From NCBI RefSeq assembly GCF_003284895.1, contig NZ_QMDV01000002.1:805466-837465 (forward strand): a stretch of 32,000 bases of DNA, given 5' to 3'. The position numbers were made by a program, and so were the translations under genes. This document shows positions 1 to 8,079 of the stretch, piece after piece; the stretch's first letter is position 1, and the number at the start of each line of letters is the position of its first letter. This stretch comes from Pontibacter arcticus (GTDB lineage Bacteria; Bacteroidota; Bacteroidia; Cytophagales; Hymenobacteraceae). The notes below the pieces were generated by a model. It had not been told where the DNA came from and did no database searches. It was given only the letters and a program-made list of their open reading frames with translations.

Positions 1-3000
1 AAAGCTTTGGCGACCGCGTGGTCATCAATTTTGATGAAGGTATAACAGGTATTGTAGGGCCAAACGGGTGCGGAAAATCCAATATTGTGGATGCCATCCG
101 TTGGGTTTTAGGCGAGCAACGTACACGTAATCTCCGCTCCGATAAGATGGAAAACGTGATCTTTAACGGTTCCAAAACGCGCCGTCCGGTGCAAATGGCG
201 GAAGTATCCATCACGTTTACCAACAACAAAGGCGTGCTACCAACCGAGTACTCGCATGTAACGGTTACGCGCCGTTACCACCGCAGTGGCGACAGCGAGT
301 ACCTGTTAAATGGCGTTACTTGCCGCCTAAAAGACATCAACGAACTTTTCCTGGATACCGGCATCGGTTCTGACAGCTATGCCATTATCGAGCTAAAAAT
401 GGTGGATGAGCTCCTGAACGATAAGGAAAACTCGCGCCGCTTGTTATTCGAGGAAGCTGCCGGCATTTCTAAATTCAGGGTACGCAAAAAGCAAACGCTT
501 AAGAAACTCGAAGAGACGGATGCCGACCTGGAGCGCGTGGAAGATGTGCTGTTTGAGATTGGCAAGAACATGAAAACGCTGGAGCGGCAGGCCAAACAGG
601 CCATCCGGTATTTTCAGTTAAAAGACGATTATAAGAAGCATAGCCTCGCTTTTGCGCGCCGGAACATATCCCAATACCAGCAAGTTTTGCAGCGACTGGA
701 GCAGGATATGCAACAGGAAACTTCGCTTAAAGATACGTATGTAGGTGCCGTAACAGCAGCTGAAGAGGCTATTGCAGACCAGAAAGAAGAACTGAACCAA
801 ACGCAGGAACAGCTTGGCGAAATGCAGAAAATGATGCAGATGCAAACTGCCAAACTGCACCAACTGGAAAACGACATTAAATTACGCGCCGAACGCAGCA
901 CTTTTCTAAAAGAACGCATGCTGCAACTGCGCCAGCAGATAAGCCAGGACACCGCCAACCTCGACCACACCCAGGAAAGTATAAGCCAGCTGCGCGAAGA
1001 ACTGGAAACGGTACAGGATAGCTTTGCCACCGCTGAGGAACAGGTTACCAACCTGAAAGATGAACTGCAGGAAGCAAACGAACAAAAGCTGGAACTGCAG
1101 GAAGCATTTCAGGAATTGTCGCAGCAACAGCGCGAAAAGCAGCAGGCCGTTTTCCAGCTGCATAAATCGTTGGAGATAAGCCAGATCCAGATTCAGAACC
1201 TGAACCAGGAACTGGAACGTTTGCACCAGCAGCAGCAAACCGCTGATGAAGATGGCCTTGCGCTGCAGGAGCAACTCCAGGAAACACAGTTTATTGTAGA
1301 AGAGAAAACATCTGAACTGGTAAAACTACAGGCTCACGAAGAAACACTTTCAGAACAAATAACGGCTACCGAGCAGGAAATTGAAACGCAGAAAGCACAA
1401 TTGGTAGAGCTGAACCGTAAACTTGATGCCAGGCAAAACCAACTGAACCTGACCCGATCGTTGGTTGAAAACATGGAAGGCTTTCCGGAAGCAATTAAGT
1501 TTTTGTGCCAGACAGACAGCTGGTCGAAGCCCGCTCCACTCCTTTCCGATATTATTGTTAGCAAGCCTGATTACAAGCCGCTTATAGAAAGTTACCTCGA
1601 GCCATACATGAACTTCTTTGTAGTGGAAACGCTACAGGACGCCATGGAAGCAACAGCTCTTTTAAAAGCAGAAAACAAAGGCCGCGCTAACTTCATCATA
1701 CTTTCTGAAATTGAAGAACTAGAGCCAACTGCTACCTTTAACGATGGCAAACTGGTTGCAGCTTTCGAGGTTGTTTCCGGAGATAAAAAGTATAGCAACC
1801 TGCTCAAGTACATGCTCAGCAATGTGTACATCAGCGAGGGTTCTGACGATGATTTCTCTTCGGAAGATTACCGCACCATTATCTTAAAAGATGGCTCAGC
1901 CATTAAAAAGCCGCTTAGCTTATCAGGTGGTTCGGTAGGTTTGTTTGATGGAAACAGGTTAGGCCGCAAGCAAAACCTGGAGCAACTGCAGCAGGAAGTC
2001 GAAGCCCTCGCCCACCAGGTTGATCTGGCGCAAAGCCGCATCAATACCCAAAACCAAAGACTGCTGAATTATAAAGCCGAATCAGAAAAGGAAAGTATAA
2101 AACTGCTCGAAAAAGAAGTTACCAAACAGCAACAGGAACTGCTTACCGTACGCATTCGTTTTGAGCAGCACCAGCAAAACCTGCGCAACTTTGATCAGAA
2201 GAAGGCAGAATTGCATGAAAGGCTAACGGAGTTGCGCGAGCAAAGTATAACTATCTCGCCGCAGGCCACCGCCGACCAGCAGGAACTGAAGCAACTGGAA
2301 GAAGAACTGGCCGTTTATACTTCGCAACTTAACCGACAGCAGGAACAGATCACGGTTATTTCTGGCATGTATAACCAGGAAAATATCCAGTACCACCAGC
2401 TAAAAAACCGGTACGCCAGTTTGCAACAGGAAATCAGTTACAAGCAAAAAACGGTAGAAGCTAACCAGGAGCGCATCGAGGGTTTAAAACAGGAATTAGT
2501 TAAAGCGGAAGACGAAATTGCCCATACAGCTGCTTTCATCGACGAGAACGAGGCCGTAGTAGAAACCATGACGGCGGCCCGCAAGGAGTTTGGCTACGAA
2601 TTGGAAGAAGTAGAAAAAGCATACTTTACGTTGCGTGGCGATCTGAATGAAAAAGAAAAAACGATCCGTGAGTTGCAGCGCAAACGCCAGAATGCCGATG
2701 AACTGCTCATGCGGATGCAGCAAACCATTAACGATACTAAAATAAAACTGGTTTCGGTGCAGGAGCGCCTGGCGGCTGAGTTTAATATTTCAGAGGAAGA
2801 TTTTGCCTCGCCGGTACCGGAAACAGAGCTATTAATTGAACTGAGCAACGAAGAACTAAGCAGGCACATTTCTGAAGCTAAAACGGCACTCGATAAAATG
2901 GGTCCGGTAAATGCCATGGCCGCCGAAGCTTATACTGAAATTGAAGAGCGTAACAAATTTATAACCGAGCAGCGCAACGACCTGGTGAATGCTAAAACCA

Positions 3001-3503
3001 TGCTGATCGATACGATTAACGAGATTGACACAGTAGCGAAGGAAAAATTCACGGAAGCTTTCAACCAGATAAAAGGCAACTTTAAACGTGTTTTCAGAAG
3101 CCTGTTTACCGAAGAAGATAACTGCGACTTGGTTATTGTAGACCCAAGCAACCCGCTGGAGTCGCGCATTGAGATCATGGCCCAGCCAAAAGGCAAACGG
3201 CCGCTCACGATAAACCAGCTTTCGGGCGGCGAGAAAACTTTAACGGCCATTTCGCTTCTGTTTGCTATTTACCTACTGAAGCCTGCTCCGTTCTGTATTT
3301 TTGATGAAGTGGATGCGCCGCTTGATGATGCAAACATTGATAAATTCAACAACATCATCCGTACTTTCTCCAACGACTCGCAGTTTATTGTGGTAACGCA
3401 CAACAAACGCACGATGGCTTCAACGGATGTGATGTATGGCATCACGATGATCGAGGCCGGCATCTCAAGGGTAATTCCGGTGGACCTAAGGCAAATTGCT
3501 TAA
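1..3503 (+). CDS. smc: Chromosome segregation protein SMC; 5' end cut by the window edge
   Basis: The frame is open from base 3 (SFGDRVVINFDEGITGIVGPNGCGKSN, containing Walker A GPNGCGKS). It has a long Q/E-rich coiled coil, a central hinge, the C-terminal signature LSGGEKTL and Walker B FCIFDEVDAPLD. The N-terminal ~15-20 residues lie outside the window. Confidence 0.95.
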   Translation, partial: SFGDRVVINFDEGITGIVGPNGCGKSNIVDAIRWVLGEQRTRNLRSDKMENVIFNGSKTRRPVQMAEVSITFTNNKGVLPTEYSHVTVTRRYHRSGDSEYLLNGVTCRLKDINELFLDTGIGSDSYAIIELKMVDELLNDKENSRRLLFEEAAGISKFRVRKKQTLKKLEETDADLERVEDVLFEIGKNMKTLERQAKQAIRYFQLKDDYKKHSLAFARRNISQYQQVLQRLEQDMQQETSLKDTYVGAVTAAEEAIADQKEELNQTQEQLGEMQKMMQMQTAKLHQLENDIKLRAERSTFLKERMLQLRQQISQDTANLDHTQESISQLREELETVQDSFATAEEQVTNLKDELQEANEQKLELQEAFQELSQQQREKQQAVFQLHKSLEISQIQIQNLNQELERLHQQQQTADEDGLALQEQLQETQFIVEEKTSELVKLQAHEETLSEQITATEQEIETQKAQLVELNRKLDARQNQLNLTRSLVENMEGFPEAIKFLCQTDSWSKPAPLLSDIIVSKPDYKPLIESYLEPYMNFFVVETLQDAMEATALLKAENKGRANFIILSEIEELEPTATFNDGKLVAAFEVVSGDKKYSNLLKYMLSNVYISEGSDDDFSSEDYRTIILKDGSAIKKPLSLSGGSVGLFDGNRLGRKQNLEQLQQEVEALAHQVDLAQSRINTQNQRLLNYKAESEKESIKLLEKEVTKQQQELLTVRIRFEQHQQNLRNFDQKKAELHERLTELREQSITISPQATADQQELKQLEEELAVYTSQLNRQQEQITVISGMYNQENIQYHQLKNRYASLQQEISYKQKTVEANQERIEGLKQELVKAEDEIAHTAAFIDENEAVVETMTAARKEFGYELEEVEKAYFTLRGDLNEKEKTIRELQRKRQNADELLMRMQQTINDTKIKLVSVQERLAAEFNISEEDFASPVPETELLIELSNEELSRHISEAKTALDKMGPVNAMAAEAYTEIEERNKFITEQRNDLVNAKTMLIDTINEIDTVAKEKFTEAFNQIKGNFKRVFRSLFTEEDNCDLVIVDPSNPLESRIEIMAQPKGKRPLTINQLSGGEKTLTAISLLFAIYLLKPAPFCIFDEVDAPLDDANIDKFNNIIRTFSNDSQFIVVTHNKRTMASTDVMYGITMIEAGISRVIPVDLRQIA

Positions 3504-3521
3504 AAGTAAAACGTATAAAAA

Positions 3522-3551
3522 AGCCGCTGTAAAAATTACAGCGGCTTTTTT
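3522..3551. terminator. Bidirectional intrinsic terminator between convergent smc and the yjbR-like gene
   Basis: Perfect 9-bp stem agccgctgt (3522-3530) / acagcggct (3538-3546) with a 7-nt loop. An A-run lies upstream (3514-3521) and a T-run downstream (3547-3551). Confidence 0.8.
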
Positions 3552-3565
3552 ATACTTCAATAGCT

Positions 3566-3910
3566 TTAGTTATCAATCTCCTTCTGTGTCTTTTTAGGAA
3601 GTTTATACTTTACCAACTCATAAGATTGGGTAACATAATATTTCCACTCTTCATCGGTCAGCCTATCCCATTGCTGCACCGAAATCCATTTATTGCGGGC
3701 CATATATGGTGCGGGTATAATCTGGAGTGAATTAGCCAACGAATCAAACTCTTCTGGAAGCACCTTAAAAGAAACCGCATGTGGCGGATCTATACTTGTA
3801 ACACAGAACATTTTGCCGGCTACGGTAAAGCACAGGTCGGCTCCCCATTTTATATCTTCTTCAACACCCTTAAACGAAAGGCAAAGTGCATGCAAGTCTT
3901 CAATGTTCAC
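3566..3910 (-). CDS. MmcQ/YjbR family DNA-binding protein
   Basis: 114 aa with the family-typical pattern: LCLSFKGVEE..KWG..LCFTVAGKMFCV, PAPYMARNKWISV, SYELVKYKLPKK. GTG start. Confidence 0.75.
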   Translation of the reverse strand: MNIEDLHALCLSFKGVEEDIKWGADLCFTVAGKMFCVTSIDPPHAVSFKVLPEEFDSLANSLQIIPAPYMARNKWISVQQWDRLTDEEWKYYVTQSYELVKYKLPKKTQKEIDN

Positions 3911-3942
3911 TTTTTAAACCTCTAACTCTTCAACTTTCTAAC

Positions 3943-4494
3943 TTATCTTACTCCGTTCTCAGGGAATTTTGCTGTCTTGGTTCTGTAGAAAGCAAGTATA
4001 CTTTCCATATCTGCTTCAATATCGCCGGTTGGGTAAAAGGTCGGGCCGATGCCTGCTTCTTTTTTAGCGTAATCCAGGTAACCCAGTACAATCGGAACGC
4101 CTGCTCCTATTGCCACATGGTAAAAACCTCTGCGCCAGCGCGGCTGGTATTTGCGTGTGCCCTCGGGTGTCACCATCACGCACATATCTTCTTTATGCGT
4201 TTTAAAAATGTTGATCATCGCATCTACCATGCGCGTGTTCCTGGAACGATCGATCGGCAACGCACCCATACTTTTAAGCAAGCCGCCAAACGGGAAACGC
4301 ATAAATTCCTTTTTGATCGTAAAGCGGATCGGTGCATCCATGAGGTAAAATGCGGCCCTGGCATAAATAAAGTCCCAGTTGCTGGTATGCGGTGCCGCAA
4401 TCATCACACAACGGCGGTTGTCCGAAGTTAAATTACCTACCAATTTCCAGCCGCTGAGTTTAAAAAATAGCTTTGATATAATTTTACCAACCAT
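3943..4494 (-). CDS. 1-acyl-sn-glycerol-3-phosphate acyltransferase family protein (PlsC/LPLAT superfamily)
   Basis: 183 aa with the H-x4-D acyltransferase motif (HTSNWD) and a PEGTR block. ATG start. Confidence 0.8.
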   Translation of the reverse strand: MVGKIISKLFFKLSGWKLVGNLTSDNRRCVMIAAPHTSNWDFIYARAAFYLMDAPIRFTIKKEFMRFPFGGLLKSMGALPIDRSRNTRMVDAMINIFKTHKEDMCVMVTPEGTRKYQPRWRRGFYHVAIGAGVPIVLGYLDYAKKEAGIGPTFYPTGDIEADMESILAFYRTKTAKFPENGVR

Positions 4495-4611
4495 GCGTAA
4501 TGTATAAACGAAGTATAAATCCTTTCTGAAAGGGGCAAAAATGAAACTGTATATTTACATACAATTGCTCATATAGACAAATTATAAGCGCAATTGTAGG
4601 CAGGTTGCCGA

Positions 4612-5388
4612 TTAAATCCGGGCGCTGGATTCGGCTAGCTTCCGTAAAGCGGTTTCATGTTTTAACGCATGCTGGTAACCAACCTCAAAAATTTCGTCGG
4701 CTTTTCTAAAACTCGTTAACCGATAATTAACCAGGGCTTCCGGCTCTAAAACGAGGTCGCATTGCGGAAGGCGCAGCTTTACATTATTGTTTACAGCCAG
4801 TTGCAACGTACGCTCGATCATCCCACGCATCGTGGTGATCTTCGCTTCTTTGTTGATCGGGTTAACATGTACCCCAATAATTTTGTCGCAGGATTCCCGG
4901 ATGGGGTCTATAGGCATGTTGTTCAGTAAGCCACCATCCTGCAACACTTTATCTTCGAAAACAACAGACTTATAAATAATAGGTGCTGCTACCGATGCCA
5001 GTAGGGGTTGAATGATACTTCCTTCAGAAAAGTAGATAATCTCCGCTTTGTTAATTTCAGTTGCAGTAACTGTAACCGGAATACGAAGCTGCTCAAACGT
5101 GCGGTTTGCCCCCAGGTATTTACAGAAGAGTTTTTCTATTTCATCCAAATGCATAAACCCGACCTGCCTTAATGTAGGTCTTATAATCTGGAAAAGGCTC
5201 AGCTCTTTGATCAGTTTCAGGATTTCGGTCGGTTTGTAGCCGGCTGCATAAAATATTCCTGCTACTGCACCTGAGCTCACCCCGGAAATCGCATCTATTT
5301 TAATATTAAATTCATCGAGTGCTTTCAGAACTCCCAGGTGGGCTATTCCGCGAGCAGCTCCTCCGGAGAGAACAAGACCTATCCGCAT
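4612..5388 (-). CDS. Patatin-like phospholipase family protein
   Basis: 258 aa with the oxyanion GGAARG motif, the lipase serine motif G-V-S-S-G (GxSxG) and the catalytic Asp in DGG (QDGGLLNN). Confidence 0.9.
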   Translation of the reverse strand: MRIGLVLSGGAARGIAHLGVLKALDEFNIKIDAISGVSSGAVAGIFYAAGYKPTEILKLIKELSLFQIIRPTLRQVGFMHLDEIEKLFCKYLGANRTFEQLRIPVTVTATEINKAEIIYFSEGSIIQPLLASVAAPIIYKSVVFEDKVLQDGGLLNNMPIDPIRESCDKIIGVHVNPINKEAKITTMRGMIERTLQLAVNNNVKLRLPQCDLVLEPEALVNYRLTSFRKADEIFEVGYQHALKHETALRKLAESSARI

Positions 5389-5389
5389 A

Positions 5390-6232
5390 CTATACTTCGC
5401 TTAAGGAGAATGTTTGGGCCAGTCTTACGCCTTTCTCGGTCTGCTGCACGGTGCAGCATTCGTTAACTGCATCATGTTCAAAGAAAAGGATATAGTCCTC
5501 AGCGGCAGCTTTATTCAGAAATTGAGACTTCTCTTCCAGCGTTATAAGCGGACGTGTATCGTAGCCCATCACATAAGGTAGCGGTAAATGGCCTACAGAA
5601 GGCAGCAAATCAGCCATAAAAGCAATTTTCTTGCCTTTATAAGGTATGATCGGCACCATCATCTTATCAGTATGGCCATCCGCATAAAAAATATCGAACT
5701 GCGAAAAAGGAGACGGTTGATTGGGATTGATGAATTGCAGATGTCCGCTTTCCTGCATCGGAAGTATGTTTTCTTTCAGGAAAGAGGCTTTCTCGCGGGC
5801 ATTTGGTTCAGTAGCCCATTTCCAGTGGTCGGCATTAGACCAGTAGGTAGCGTTCGGGAACACGAGTTCCAGCGCACCATCGCCATTTTTATACTTAACA
5901 CCGCCTCCGCAATGGTCAAAATGCAGATGGGTCAGGAAAACGTCTGTAATATCAGCTGCAGTAAAGCCAGCTTTTTTTAAAGAACCATGAAGTGAAGCAT
6001 CACCGTTGAGGTAATAGTGGCTCATGAATTTAGCGTCCTGCTTATCTCCGATCCCATTATCGATCAGGATAAGCCTGTTGCCATCCTCTATCAGCAAACA
6101 GCGCATTGCCCAGTTGCAGAGATTATTCTCATCGGCTGGGTTAGTACGTTGCCAAAGTGTTTTAGGCACAACACCAAACATCGCACCGCCATCAAGCTTA
6201 AAAAAACCAGTATCTATTACGTGCAGCTTCAC
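5390..6232 (-). CDS. MBL-fold metallo-hydrolase
   Basis: 280 aa with the HxHxDH motif (HLHFDHCGG) and a later His/Asp ligand pattern. GTG start. Its stop lies 1 nt before the patatin start, so the two are probably co-transcribed. Confidence 0.85.
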   Translation of the reverse strand: MKLHVIDTGFFKLDGGAMFGVVPKTLWQRTNPADENNLCNWAMRCLLIEDGNRLILIDNGIGDKQDAKFMSHYYLNGDASLHGSLKKAGFTAADITDVFLTHLHFDHCGGGVKYKNGDGALELVFPNATYWSNADHWKWATEPNAREKASFLKENILPMQESGHLQFINPNQPSPFSQFDIFYADGHTDKMMVPIIPYKGKKIAFMADLLPSVGHLPLPYVMGYDTRPLITLEEKSQFLNKAAAEDYILFFEHDAVNECCTVQQTEKGVRLAQTFSLSEV

Positions 6233-6285
6233 CGTTTTAAGAGTTAGAAAGTTAAAAGTTAGATAGTTTGGAAGTTTTGCAGGTG

Positions 6286-6337
6286 AAGTTAAAAAGTATA
6301 GAAGTTAAAACTTTCTAACTTCTATACTTTTTAACTT
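6286..6337 (-). terminator. 22-bp perfect AT-rich hairpin immediately after the accA stop codon
   Basis: aagttaaaaagtatagaagtta (6286-6307) is the exact reverse complement of 6316-6337, with an 8-nt loop. It starts 2 nt after the accA stop (6339-6341). There is no clear U-tract on the minus strand. Confidence 0.55.
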
Positions 6338-6338
6338 T

Positions 6339-7289
6339 TTAACCTTCCAGCACTACGCCCATATTCGAGAACTTCTCAATGCGCGTCATGATTCTATCCT
6401 CGCTATCCATTGCTTCAAGTTCATCCAACAGTTTGATCAGCTCTTTCTTTAACGTGCGAATCATTTTTTCAGGTTCTGTGTGCGCACCACCCAGCGGTTC
6501 CTTTATAATACCATCGATCAGCTTATTCTGAAGCATATCTTTAGCTGTCAGTTTAAGGGCTTCGGCAGACTGTTCTTTATAATTCCAGCTGCGCCAAAGT
6601 ATGGTAGAGCAGTTTTCAGGAGAGATTACAGAGTACCAGGAGTTTTCCAACATCATTACTCGGTCGCCGATGGCAATACCCAGGGCACCACCGGATGCAC
6701 CTTCTCCGATAATCACACAGATAACAGGCACTTTCAGCATGAACATTTCCTTCAGGTTACGGGCAATAGCCTCTCCCTGTCCGCGCTCTTCGGCTTCCAG
6801 CCCCGGGAAAGCACCTGGCGTATCGATCAGCGTTATGATCGGTTTACCGAACTTCTCTGCCATTTTCATCAGGCGAAGTGCTTTGCGGTAGCCTTCCGGG
6901 TTTGCCATACCAAAATTCCGCAGCTGGCGCTGTTTGGTGTTTCTGCCCTTCTGCTGGCCAATAAACATCACGCTACGGCCTTCGATCTCTCCGAAGCCGC
7001 CTACCATCGCTTTATCATCTTTCACGGTACGGTCGCCGTGCAGTTCGAAGAACTTATCAGCGATGCCGTTTATGTAATCTAACGTATAAGGCCTCTCCGG
7101 GTGGCGAGACAACTGCACGCGCTGCCAACGGGTAAGGTTAGCGTAAGTTTCCTTTTTAAGGATCTTGATCTTCTCTTCCAGAGCTTTTACCGCATCCGAA
7201 ACATCTACCTGGCTATCCTGTGCCAGATTTTTCATTTCCTGTAATTTGCCCTCGAGGGCGGCAATTGGCTGTTCGAAATCTAAAAGCAT
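6339..7289 (-). CDS. accA: Acetyl-CoA carboxylase carboxyltransferase subunit alpha
   Basis: 316 aa with the typical AccA sequence: [53 protein letters not shown]. Confidence 0.95.
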   Translation of the reverse strand: MLLDFEQPIAALEGKLQEMKNLAQDSQVDVSDAVKALEEKIKILKKETYANLTRWQRVQLSRHPERPYTLDYINGIADKFFELHGDRTVKDDKAMVGGFGEIEGRSVMFIGQQKGRNTKQRQLRNFGMANPEGYRKALRLMKMAEKFGKPIITLIDTPGAFPGLEAEERGQGEAIARNLKEMFMLKVPVICVIIGEGASGGALGIAIGDRVMMLENSWYSVISPENCSTILWRSWNYKEQSAEALKLTAKDMLQNKLIDGIIKEPLGGAHTEPEKMIRTLKKELIKLLDELEAMDSEDRIMTRIEKFSNMGVVLEG

Positions 7290-7312
7290 AATCGTATCGC
7301 TAGTTTCTGATG

Positions 7313-7320
7313 CAAATTTA
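7313..7320 (-). promoter_or_regulatory. Candidate Bacteroidota -7 promoter box (TAaaTTTG on the minus strand) for accA
   Basis: Plus strand caaattta equals minus strand TAAATTTG, matching TAnnTTTG. It lies 24 nt upstream of the accA ATG. No clear -33 TTG was found. Confidence 0.35.
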
Positions 7321-7443
7321 ACAGTTTCCTTTATCTCTGCTGAAAAAGTATGGCTTAAAGATACGGATAAAAAATAATCATTTTGGAAATGAGCCTTTTA
7401 CAGATTTATATCAAAAATATAGTAGCAAATAAGTACCCTACGC

Positions 7444-7474
7444 TTGCAGAATTCAAATTATCGCTCTACATTTG
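7444..7474 (+). promoter_or_regulatory. Candidate promoter for the tRNA-Asp pair (-33 TTG and -7 TAcaTTTG)
   Basis: TTG at 7444-7446 and TACATTTG at 7467-7474 with a 20-nt spacer. The motif ends 26 nt before the first tRNA. Confidence 0.4.
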
Positions 7475-7499
7475 CATCACCTTAACAATAAGGATAAAC

Positions 7500-7573
7500 G
7501 GTCCGGTAGTTCAGTTGGTTAGAATGCCGCCCTGTCACGGCGGAGGTCGCGGGTTCGAGTCCCGTCCGGACCG
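7500..7573 (+). tRNA. tRNA-Asp (anticodon GTC), copy 1
   Basis: The cloverleaf can be read directly: acceptor GGTCCGG/CCGGACC, anticodon stem CCGCC/GGCGG, loop CTGTCAC, T-arm GCGGG-TTCGAGT-CCCGT, discriminator G. It closely resembles canonical bacterial tRNA-Asp. CCA is not encoded. Confidence 0.95.
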
Positions 7574-7630
7574 CAGATTATTCTGCGGTCATATCGTAAA
7601 AAGAGCAACAGGCTCTTATCTTAAAAATTT

Positions 7631-7704
7631 TGGTCCGGTAGTTCAGTTGGTTAGAATGCCGCCCTGTCACGGCGGAGGTCGCGGGTTCGAGTCCCGTCCG
7701 GACC
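7631..7704 (+). tRNA. tRNA-Asp (anticodon GTC), copy 2
   Basis: 77 nt (7631-7707) are identical to 7500-7576, giving a 131-bp tandem period. Confidence 0.95.
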
Positions 7705-7708
7705 GCAA

Positions 7709-7738
7709 AAGCCTGAGAAGTTATTCTCAGGCTTTTTT
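7709..7738 (+). terminator. Intrinsic terminator after the tRNA-Asp pair
   Basis: Stem agcctgagaa (7709-7718) / ttctcaggct (7723-7732) with loop gtta, followed by a T-run. Confidence 0.8.
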
Positions 7739-7856
7739 GTTTTATAGCCCTTCTCTACCTTCGAAACAATCTACCGTTTTCAATTTCATAGACTAAACTT
7801 GCTGTTGTTGGTGTTTCACCGACAACCATACTTTTACCAATTAGTGCTTGCTGGTG

Positions 7857-7876
7857 AAAACACGCAGCAAGGGCAA
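7857..7876 (+). repeat. 20-nt exact direct repeat, left copy (aaaacacgcagcaagggcaa)
   Basis: Identical 20-mer to 31475-31494 in the same orientation. Both copies are intergenic. This copy forms the 3' half of a 7-bp hairpin (cttgctg 7847-7853 / cagcaag 7865-7871). Confidence 0.8.
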
Positions 7877-8024
7877 GATGTATTCTTTAAATTTAAGAGT
7901 GCTAATAGTCCCTTCAATAGGCTAACATTTAGTTATTGTGAAAACACCAAAAACTAAATGCCTGGTCAAAGTATAAAAATCTTAAAACTATACTTTAATA
8001 CTTTGGACAATGCACTCTAAAAGT

Positions 8025-8057
8025 AAAAGGCCAGGCATTTAACATACCTGGCCTTTT
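8025..8057. terminator. Bidirectional terminator hairpin downstream of the last gene of the polysaccharide locus
   Basis: ggccagg (8029-8035) / cctggcc (8047-8053) with an 11-nt loop, flanked by aaaa (8025-8028) and tttt (8054-8057). It lies 23 nt beyond the dehydrogenase stop codon. Confidence 0.7.
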
Positions 8058-8079
8058 ACTTTTTATATTTAACTAACTA

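Noticed and set aside
377-3463. Many 60-140-aa minus-strand ORFs antisense to smc
   Set aside because: They are antisense read-through typical of long Q/E/L-rich coiled-coil genes. Their products are low-complexity and they are fully nested in a confidently identified gene.
3886-4431. 181-aa plus-strand ORF
   Set aside because: It is entirely antisense to the acyltransferase gene, which carries the HxxxxD and PEGTR motifs. It has no recognisable motifs and a Cys/His/Arg-rich antisense-type composition.
6480-7082. 200-aa plus-strand ORF
   Set aside because: It is antisense to accA, whose identity is unambiguous.
7500-7740. Regularly spaced identical repeats that could suggest a mini CRISPR array
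   Set aside because: There are only two units, each folding as a canonical tRNA cloverleaf with a GTC anticodon, and no cas genes are present.
7383-7796. 137-aa plus-strand ORF with an internally repeated peptide (GPVVQLVRMPPCHGGGRGFESRPDR, twice)
   Set aside because: It is the translation of the two identical tRNA-Asp genes and their spacer, so the repeat is a tRNA artefact rather than a protein.
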